64,000 nt of DNA, taken from the NCBI GenBank assembly GCA_026786345.1, contig JAJAYD010000114.1:190-64189 (forward strand), read 5' to 3'. A program made the translations under genes and the position numbers. The stretch is from Chitinophagaceae bacterium (GTDB lineage Bacteria; Bacteroidota; Bacteroidia; Chitinophagales; Chitinophagaceae). The notes under the pieces are model-generated. The model was not told where the DNA came from. It saw only the letters and a program-made list of their open reading frames with translations, and ran no database searches. Shown here in pieces: positions 52,601 to 61,700 of the stretch (the first letter of the stretch is position 1; each line of letters starts with the position of its first letter).

Positions 52601-55600
52601 ACGACAATTTTTTTGAACTGGGTGGCCATAGCATCAAGGCAATCCAGGTACTATCGCGTTTGCATAAAAGCCTCGAAATAAAAATTGATTTCAGTCTTTT
52701 TGCTTTGCACCCCACCATCAGGCAATTTGCAAATGCCATTCAAAGCCAGGTAAAGTCAACTTATACCAGTATTCAGAAAGTGCCCGACAGCGATTTGTAT
52801 GAGCTGTCTCATGCGCAAAAGCGTATGTATGTGCTGTGCCAGCTACAAGGCGGGTCAGTAAGTTTTAACAGCCCGGCAGCATTTGAAATTAGCGGCACAT
52901 TGGATGCTGGAGTTTTAAACCAGGTATTGCAATTTTTAATTGACCGCCACGAAAGTTTACGAACAGTATTTATAGAAAAGGATGGTGAGCCAAAGCAAAA
53001 AATTCTAAAGCCTGAGGAGGTTCCGTTTCACTTGCAAACATTGGATGTTTCGAACGACCATCATGCTGCTGATACCTTGCAGTCGTTTATTAATAAGGAA
53101 GCAACTACTGAATTCGATTTGGCAAAGGGGCCATTATTCAAAGCAATATTAATTGCCCAGTCACAGCAGCGACATACGTTATTTTTCAACATGCACCACA
53201 TCATCAGCGATGGTTGGTCAAAAGGAATCCTCATCAACGATTTCATTCAAACACTCTCTGGTCTACATCGGCAGCAAGCACCGGCATTACCGCCATTATT
53301 GGTTACTTATAAAGATTATGCAGCCTGGCAAAAGACAATAATTGAAAGCCAGCATAAATTCTGGGAACAGGCTTTAATACACCAGGCACCGGTTTTAAAT
53401 TTCCCTGCTGATTTTGAAAGACCTGCGGTGGTTACCTTCTCAGGCCAACTGTTGCAAACAGTGTTACCTGCTGAAACTACCAGTCAATTACAGGCATTTT
53501 GCGTTGCTCATAACATCACCCTAAATAATCTTTTATTTGCGCTTTATGGTTTAATGGTGGCGCATTACAGCAAACAACAGCAGGTTGTTATAGGCACACT
53601 TACTTCAGGCAGAAGCCACGCTGACCTTGAACAGGTGGTTGGATTGTTCATCAATTTCCTGCCCATTACGCTTCAAATTGATGGTGAAGCTTCCGTGTCG
53701 AAATACCTGCAGTCATGCCAGCAAACTCTTGCACTAGCTTACTCACACCAGGATTACCCGTTTGATTTAATGGTGGAGCATTTTGTGGCAACAAGAGATT
53801 TTTCCCGCAACCCATTATTTGATACAATGGTCAATTTTCATTCTGAGAATGAACTTGCTACGGAATACAAGATCGACCAGGAGATTTCTTCCCGGCAATT
53901 AACAATTAGTCCACTGCCCCAGTTTAAAGAAAACCTGTTTCAATCTAATCTTGACTTTAAGCTGGATATAGAACCGCTCGAACATTCACTCCTCTTCAAC
54001 CTTACTTACAATACCGGGTTGTTTACTAAAAAGCGGATGGAAAATTTTCTTAGCGAATTTAAAATGCTGGTGGAGAAAATAGCAACTAAGCCGTTAAGTA
54101 TCACCGCAGATTATATGACCATGCCTGTAGAGCCTGGTATTGCCACACAAAATACTACGCCTGAAACTGAATTTCCGGTTTGCATCAGTGGCACCTTTGT
54201 ATGCGAACCCCTTCTTGAATACATCTCTTACTGGGGCGATGAATACGATCTGAACCTGGATGTAAAATTTGCAGATTACAACCAGGTCTTTCAACAACTT
54301 CTTAATCCTGCAAGTATTATAAACACCAATAAGGGCATCAATGTAATTTTCATTCGCATGTACGATTGGCTTCGCGAAAAAAGTAATCTTTCTGAAAAGG
54401 GTACCGTTGATTACCTAAACCGTACTTATGAAGAGTTGTTACAGGCATTGGAGTTTTCAGCAACACGCAACTATGTGCCCATGTTGGTGGGTATTGTTTC
54501 GTTGCAGTATCATGCAGGCCTTTCTCAGGAAATAAACGACCATATCAGCCAGCTAAATCAAAAACTGAAAGACTGGTTACAGCAGCAAAATCCTTTCGTT
54601 TTACTCGATCTAAATAAAGCTGCAACCCTCTACGAAGTAGAAACTATTTTAGACGAAGCTGCTGATGAAATGGGGCATATTCCCTTTACACAGGAATATT
54701 TTGCTGCCCTCGGAACATATATAGCCCGTAAAATACGTTCTTATAGGTCGAAGGTGTATAAAGTGATTGCGCTTGACTGCGACAATACCTTGTGGAAAGG
54801 CATTGTGGGAGAATTGGGCTGTATGCAGGTGAGTGTAAATGAACACTTTGAGTACGTACAGCATTTTCTGATTGAAAAATACCAGGAGGGTTTTCTGCTG
54901 GTTTTATGCAGCAAAAATAATGAGCCGGATGTGTGGGAAGTATTTGATAAAAACCCGGCAATGAAGTTGAAAAGGAAGCATATTGCTGCTCACCGAATTA
55001 ACTGGAGCGACAAACCGCAAAATATTGCAGCGATAGCCAATGAGTTGAATGTAGGTTTAAACAGTTTTATTTTTATTGACGATAGCCAGTTTGAAGTTGA
55101 GCAAATGTCAATGGCCTGTCCGGAAGTACTGTCGTTGTTTTTGCCGGAGGATGAGAATGAATTAAAAAGTTTTGTTGACCATACCTGGGAGTTTGATGTA
55201 TTTAAAACAACCAGGGAAGATGTGCAGCGCAACCAGATGTATCAAACTGAAAAATCGCGTAAAGATGAGGAAACCAAACATGGTTCGCTGAAAGATTTTA
55301 TGAAATCGCTTGACATACAGGTGAATGTGCGTAATGTTGAGCAAACCGACCTGGACAGAAGTGTTCAGTTAAGCCTGCGTACCAACCAGTTTAACATGAA
55401 CGGCATCAGGCGGACAGCAGAAGAAATAACAAGCCGATTAAAACAACCATCGCACCTGAACTGGATTGTGGAGGTAAGCGACCGGTTTGGCGATTATGGA
55501 ATGGTAGGTTTATTGTTAGGTAGCCAAAAAGAGCAGGTCTTACAACTTGATACTTTTTTATTGAGCTGCAGGGTATTAGGGCGTGGGGTAGAAGAGCTGG

Positions 55601-55785
55601 TGTTGGAACAACTAAAGACCTATTGCCTGGCAAACAATTGCCGGGAGATAATGGCCCATTACCAGGTTACTGCTAAGAACAGGCCTTTTGAAGTATTTTT
55701 GAACAAAGCAGGATGGCAGCAAGATTCAAAAGGCGAAAACTGCCATTTGAAAATTAAATATTCTAAAGAAGAAATTTCGTTATAG
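49669..55785 (+). CDS. NRPS1: C(starter)-A(Ala)-T-C-FkbH (HAD-IIIC glyceryl transferase)
   Basis: HHLITDG (~50080); A-domain cores YTSGSTGKPKG, YGPTE, TGD and NGK; T motif LGGHS (~52621); HHIISDG (~53194); FkbH-like region with DCDNTLWKG (~54775), FIDD, RTNQFN and LSCRVLGRGVE (~55564). Hand-read A-domain code DLFNNALTYK. Confidence 0.92.
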   Translation: MHTVTIPLHPAQHDVYTDQLVKGNSPLYNVGGYICLKGKLNKTLFKKVVTDGPRYFDAFHMRFNLQAADFQTYIDKDTVHLKVDELDFTSQPNPAAAALVYMQERFNQPFNFEIEAPLTDQALLKISENEHWFYGKYHHLITDGYGFIVWIKYLADTYNAMSSGRELTIDYPPYQPQIEQAANFYQSEAYKKQGEYWKQKLAKKQAQLFRKKYTPPSATQNKSTSFVVETSEEQMALLEQVKQQTNAGILQLTLAAIAVYFGKATGESEFVVGVPIHKRGSRHLRNIVGMFSGILPFKNIYQPAFSVQQALNDISRSLKDDLKNQQYILGDIAKDLSLLPGDKLFDVVVNYEPFNFQVDFGTHLQASVFQLASNQADHALQFTWQDHGKQQPLILQVDYQQQYFIETDIRFMVDSLFKIFWQFSNNTTARLSGINILGDEELKTLSSFANASQAPLAEANMTSLFDHQALQTPGAIALIHDDSSITYQKLHERSNQVANYLLSLKLAPETLIPVCIERGIEMVIGILGILKAGAAYVPIDPAYPADRIQYMLTDTSATFVFSNVSGKKYLPSTGNFQIIELDDPTLFESFPSTVAAIQIHPNQLAYVIYTSGSTGKPKGVLIEHRNASAFLNWCQQEFSPDAFEMVYACTSICFDLSIFELFYPLRIGKPIRIVENGLHIAKYLPFDKKVFLNTVPTVIENLLNEKVSLQNVTVINMAGEPVPQQVLQGLDTHNIEVRNLYGPTEDTTYSTVFRLHKNQPVLIGKPITNSSIYLLNRQNGLVPLGMPGEICIGGAGLARGYLNRPELTAEKFISSPFSEGEKLYKTGDLGCRTSDGNIQYLGRMDNQVKLRGYRIELGEIENVIQQSGMVQNAVVVVYQDRENNKMLIAYATADQSIDIDSLNNYLRSKLPDYMIPARWMQLDKIPLTPNGKVDRKNLPEPGAILAADKPFEAPANEMEQVLCNIWKEVLAIDTISVNDNFFELGGHSIKAIQVLSRLHKSLEIKIDFSLFALHPTIRQFANAIQSQVKSTYTSIQKVPDSDLYELSHAQKRMYVLCQLQGGSVSFNSPAAFEISGTLDAGVLNQVLQFLIDRHESLRTVFIEKDGEPKQKILKPEEVPFHLQTLDVSNDHHAADTLQSFINKEATTEFDLAKGPLFKAILIAQSQQRHTLFFNMHHIISDGWSKGILINDFIQTLSGLHRQQAPALPPLLVTYKDYAAWQKTIIESQHKFWEQALIHQAPVLNFPADFERPAVVTFSGQLLQTVLPAETTSQLQAFCVAHNITLNNLLFALYGLMVAHYSKQQQVVIGTLTSGRSHADLEQVVGLFINFLPITLQIDGEASVSKYLQSCQQTLALAYSHQDYPFDLMVEHFVATRDFSRNPLFDTMVNFHSENELATEYKIDQEISSRQLTISPLPQFKENLFQSNLDFKLDIEPLEHSLLFNLTYNTGLFTKKRMENFLSEFKMLVEKIATKPLSITADYMTMPVEPGIATQNTTPETEFPVCISGTFVCEPLLEYISYWGDEYDLNLDVKFADYNQVFQQLLNPASIINTNKGINVIFIRMYDWLREKSNLSEKGTVDYLNRTYEELLQALEFSATRNYVPMLVGIVSLQYHAGLSQEINDHISQLNQKLKDWLQQQNPFVLLDLNKAATLYEVETILDEAADEMGHIPFTQEYFAALGTYIARKIRSYRSKVYKVIALDCDNTLWKGIVGELGCMQVSVNEHFEYVQHFLIEKYQEGFLLVLCSKNNEPDVWEVFDKNPAMKLKRKHIAAHRINWSDKPQNIAAIANELNVGLNSFIFIDDSQFEVEQMSMACPEVLSLFLPEDENELKSFVDHTWEFDVFKTTREDVQRNQMYQTEKSRKDEETKHGSLKDFMKSLDIQVNVRNVEQTDLDRSVQLSLRTNQFNMNGIRRTAEEITSRLKQPSHLNWIVEVSDRFGDYGMVGLLLGSQKEQVLQLDTFLLSCRVLGRGVEELVLEQLKTYCLANNCREIMAHYQVTAKNRPFEVFLNKAGWQQDSKGENCHLKIKYSKEEISL

Positions 55786-55788
55786 TTG

Positions 55789-58700
55789 ATGATCAATCCT
55801 AACAAAAGCAACCCTAAAGCACGAACGGGCAAGGATATTTTTAACCTTATAAAGGCAAAGCAACAAGCACCTGCTGAAGTTAAGATACCCAGGCCAATAG
55901 GTGATGTACAAGAGGCATTGGTAGTGCTATGGAACAAGGTTTTGACTGCGTCAAATTTTGATACAAACGATGATTTTTTTAAATCGGGCGGCAATAGTAT
56001 AAAAGCGGTACAACTGGCAAGCCAGGTAGCCAAACATTTTGGTGTTCCAATTGAGCTGACTGACATTTTCCTAAATACTTCCATTACCAGCCAGGCTGTT
56101 TTAATTCAGCAAAAGCAACAACAGGCTTCAATAAACACTCCCATACAACCACAGGAACGGCCCGAACTAATACCGCTATCTTTTAGCCAGGAACGTTTAT
56201 GGTTTATCGAAAAACTGGAAGGCAGTATACAGTATCATATTCCCCTGGTATTTTCTTTTAAAGGCGAGCTAAACATTGAGGCGCTTGAAGCTTCATTAAA
56301 AGAAATTGTAGAACGCCACGAAGTTCTCCGAACAGTTATTAAGGAAGAAGATGGTAAACCTTTTCAATGTATAAACAGTGTAAATGATTGGCAGCTTGAA
56401 AGGCAAACCATACCCGATTCTTCCGAAATCGAATCAAATGCAGCCATCAACCAGCTTGTAAATAAGCCATTTAATCTTGCCGGCGATTACATGCTGCGGG
56501 CTACTTTAATTGCCGAAGGTGGTAACGATCATTTACTTGTTTTGGTCATCCACCACATTGCATCCGACGGGTGGTCCATGTCAATAATGGCAGGCGAGTT
56601 AATTCAACTCTATCAACAACATAGTGGCGTAAATGTAGTGCTGTTACCTGCGCTTCCTTTGCAATATGCTGACTATGCATTATGGCAAAAGAAACACATT
56701 AGTCAGCAGCAACAAGCCAATAAACTGCTGTTTTGGAAGGATACAATGGAGGGGTTGAATCCCTTGTCATTTCCAACGGATTTTGCAAGACCCGTTACCC
56801 AAAGCACCAGGGGCGCACTGCTCGAATTTACTTTGCCAACCCAACTGGCCGCTGCCATAGCTGCACTAAGTAACCAGCAAGGGGTTACGTTGTTTAATAC
56901 ATTGCTGGCCGCATTCAATGTGCTTCTTTACCGGTACACCAACCAGGCCGATGTTTGTGTGGGTACTGTTGTAGCAAACCGCCCGGTCGAAGATTTGGAA
57001 AATCTTATAGGATTTTTTACCAACACCCTACCCATTCGAAACGAAGTGAAGGGTACGGAAAGTTTTACCGATTTTGTCCAACGGGTTAAGGCTACCACGC
57101 TTCGGGCTTTTGCCAACCAGGATGTGCCTGTCGAAAAAATAATCGACACCGTTGTTACCGAAAGAGATCTCAGCAGGCATCCCCTGTTTAACATCGTATT
57201 TGTATTACAAAACACACCGGATATTCCTGCTTTGGAAATAGGTGATTTGCGACTTTCACAAATTCCGTATCACCAGAATACCACAAAGTTCGACATCACC
57301 TTTAACCTGAAAGAAACGGCCAATGGTATTGAAGGTGAAGTGGAATATTGCATTGATCTCTTTACTCCACCAACCATCCATCGTTTTGTTCAGCATTATA
57401 TTTTGTTGCTTGAATCGATTGTAAAAGAACCTGCAACAGCTATTGCCGGTTTAAATATTTTAGGCGAAGACGAGCGGTATAAATTGATTACTGCCTTTAA
57501 CGATAACAGGTTTGACTTTGCCGAAGGCCAAACAATGGTGAGTCTTTTTGAAAAACAGGCTGCAAAAAATCCGACGGCTACAGCGCTGGTATTTCAAGAC
57601 GGGCAGTTGACGTATGGGCAGCTAAATACAAAGGCCAATCAACTGGCGCATTACCTGCAAACCAAAGGTGTACAGTCCCAAACGTTGGTACCTTTTTGTA
57701 TGGACCGTTGTACCGATATGATCGTAAGTATTCTGGGTATTCTTAAAGCAGGAGGCGCTTATGTTCCCATCGATCCCGCATACCCGCAGGAGCGAATTCG
57801 ATACATGCTGGACGATACCGGCGCCGCCCTCATTCTAACCAAAACTAAAAACAAGCAGGTAATTCCTGCCAATGATAACCTTACAGTAATTGACCTTGAT
57901 GAAAATAACAGGGAAATACAACTAAAGCCAGAAGAAAATATTGGCTGTAAGCTAACAGGAAGCAGTCTTGCTTATATCATTTATACCTCCGGTTCTACCG
58001 GTAGGCCTAAGGGGGTTATGATTGAGCACGGGAGCGTGGTTAACGAAGCCTTATACCAGGTTAAAGAGTTTGGTATCAATGCAAGTGAAAAGATCCTTCA
58101 ATTTTCAAATATTGCTTTTGATGCTTCTGTTGAGCAATATATGCTGGCCTTTACTTCGGGGGCAACACTGGTGCTGATCGATAAGGCAGTTATCAGCGAT
58201 CAGCAACAATTGTTCTCGCTGTTAAAAAAAGAAGCCATAACACATTTGCATGCAACGCCCAGCTTTTTAGAAGTTTTGCCTGCACAAAAATATGGTTCAT
58301 TAAAAAGGGTGATCGCCGGGGGCGAACAATGCTCACTTGCATTAGCTGCTAACTGGAGTAAACATGTAGCGTTTTACAATGAGTATGGGCCAACTGAAAC
58401 CACTATTACAATTACGGAGTGCCGGTTTTCTAATGACTTACCTGCTTCTGTAATGCCCATCGGTAAACCCCTGGCCAATAGCCAGGTGTATATTCTGGAT
58501 ACTCATGGCAATGTTGTTCCTATAGGCGTTGCAGGAGAAATTTATATAGGTGGGGCCCAGGTAGGCAGGGGATATTTAAATATGCCCGACCTGACAGCAG
58601 AGAAATTTATAAGCGATCCTTTCAGCAATAAAGCTGGAGCAAGGTTGTATAAAACCGGTGATCTTGGTCGCTGGATGGCAGACGGAAACCTGGAATACCT

Positions 58701-61700
58701 GGGCAGGATGGATGACCAGGTAAAGATCAGGGGATACCGCATAGAACTTGGCGAAATCGAAAGTGCAGTTTTACAAAGTAAACTGGTTAAGCAGGTGTTG
58801 GTTATTGCAGGCGATAAAGCCAAAGGCCTTCAACAGCAATTGGTTGCTTATGTGGTACCAGGTGAGCATTATAACAAGCAATCATTGCTGGACTATATAA
58901 GAAAGTACTTACCCGATTTCATGGTGCCCGCTATCTGGATAGAATTGGATGCGTTACCATTAAATGCCAACGGTAAGGTCGACAAAAAAGCTTTACCCGA
59001 TTACCAGCCCGACAAATTATCGGCCCGCAAATATGTTGCACCGGAAACGCCTTTGCAAAAAGCAATTGCCGAAACCTGGCAGGATTTGCTGGGTGTACAT
59101 CAAATAGGTATAGAAGATAACTTTTTTGAAAAGGGAGGAGATTCCATTTTAACCATACAGGTTGTAAGCAGGCTAAAACGATTGGGATATTCTATACAGC
59201 CTAAAGACATTTTTTTACACCAAACCATTAACAAGCTTGCACATGCAATAATAAACCGGATAAAAGAAGAAGATAAAGCAGAGCAGGATACCTTAAACGG
59301 CCCTGCAGGTTTACTGCCGGTGCAACAGTCCTGGTTAAGCGAAGCACAGCCTGTGCCATCGTATTTTAATCAAAGTGTGATGGTATCCATCGATAAAAAA
59401 GTTCCGGTTGAGTGGATACAAACTATTACGCACTCATTGGTAAACCACCACGATGCACTGCGCTTTAGATATAGTGAAAACGGTGGTCAATGGATACAGG
59501 AATATGGAGATTTTAGGGGAAGTGTTGAGGTGGAAGTTGTAGAAAACAACACGCAAAATTTTGAAGCAGCAATACAACAGGTAAGTTTAAAATACCAGGC
59601 TCAATTATCCATTGAAAAGGGTGAAATCATAAAAGTTGTTTTCATTAATACGCTTGAAAGCGAAGTAACAAACAAAGTGCTTATCATCATCCATCACCTT
59701 GCGGTAGATGGAATTTCGTGGCGTATCCTGCTTGAAGATTTTGAAAGAGGTTTGGCTACGTTATCTGGTGGAAATTCCCTTGATCTTCAGCGTAAAACCT
59801 ACTCATACCGCCAATGGTTTACCGCCCTTGTTCAATACGGTTCAACAGCCAGGCTGCTTCATCAAAAAGCATTTTGGAAAAAGTTGGTTGATAACATTCA
59901 ACCACTGCAAACCGACTTTATATATAACCAAAATGTATTGGTAAAAGAGACTCAAACAGTAACCGTGTCTCTTAACCAGGATTATACGGATCGTTTATTA
60001 AAACAGGATCCGCTTGCCTACAGAATTGAGGTAACTGAAATACTGATAGGTGCGTTGTATTTAACGCTTTCGAAATGGTATAAAAGCAATTCGATTACCA
60101 TTTGGTTGGAAGGTCATGGAAGAGAAACTTTTCAACACAGTGTGGATGTAAGTAGTACGGTAGGTTGGTTTACCACCATGTTTCCCCTGTTGTTACAATC
60201 TGACAACGACGACCTTGCTGAAGTTTTGGATGGAATAAAAGAGCATGTAAGGCAAATTCCGGATAAGGGTATCGGCTATGGTATACTTAAATATTTAATT
60301 AAAGAAGAAGCATTACAAGGCAGTCATCCTGTTGATTTATTATTTAACTACCTCGGCCAGTTGGATAATATACTGCCGACCGGCCAATGGTTACAGGTAG
60401 ACGAAAATTCGTTGAAAGCAGAAAGTGCTCCCAATAATTTCTTTAAGCAAAAAATCTCTATTGGCGCCTTTGTAAGTAAAGGTAAATTACAAGTTAACTG
60501 GCTATTTAGTACCAGGCACTTTCATGCTGAAACCATACAATTGCTCTCCGGCCAGTTTGTAAATAATTTGGTTGCGCTCCTCGATTTTTATGCTAAAAAA
60601 CCTGCCACCCATTTTATACCATCCGACTTTTTTTTAAGCGATGTTGTAAGCCCCGGCGAGCTGGATAGCTTTCTTGAAAAGCCATATAATAACGGATATA
60701 TAAGCGACTATATAAGCGATGTTTATAAGTTAAGTGGTTTGCAACAGGGCATGCTGTTTCATACCATATATGAACCGGCTTCAGGCGCTTACATCAATCA
60801 ATTTTTTGCCAATTTAACCAACCCCAATACAGAGGTTTTAAGTAAGGCTTGGCAACACTTAATTGCTGAACACAGCATTTTGCGTAGTGCCTTTTTTAAT
60901 AATGATTTTAACATTCCCGTCCAGGGTGTTTTCCGCCAGGTGGTATTACCGGTAAATGAGGTAGATGTAAGCAATCTTAATGCAGAGCAGCAAAAAAACT
61001 ATCTGAATAATTTTGTTGAAAGCGATCGCACTGCAGGCTTTGATATTGAGGTGCCGCCATTGATGCGTTTGTCACTGTTTCGCTTAAATCAGACTACATT
61101 CAAAATGGTATGGACAAGCCACCATATTTTATTTGATGGTTGGTCGCTGCACATACTCTTCTACAAGTTTTTACAGGCGTACGAAAAACTGTCGTCAGGC
61201 AGGCAACTCTCCATAATTAACGAAGACCCTTTTAGCGATTACATACATTATCTTGATAACAGGGATGCTTCGCCTGAAGAAGATTATTGGCGTTCCTATG
61301 TAAAGGGAGTTGAAGATGGAACAACGCTTCCCGTTAACCAGGTGGCTAAAAAGCACAATGAAAAAGTATTAGAGTATAAAAAGCATGTGTTGCCTATATC
61401 TCCATCAATTAGCGCAAGCCTGCAAAAATTTGCCCGCGAACATAAGATTACTATAAACACAATTTTCCAGGCAACCTGGGCTTACCTGTTGCATACATAT
61501 ACACACAATCAAACGGTATTTTTTGGGGTTACAGTATCGGGCAGGCCACCTGAATTTGCTAATGTAGAAAGTAGGGTCGGAATGTACATTAATACGGTTC
61601 CCCTGAAGTCTGTTATTGATGATGACACAGTAATTGCAGTTTGGCTGCAGAACATTCAGCAGGAGCAGGCCTACGCCCAACAGTTTCAATATACCCCTAT

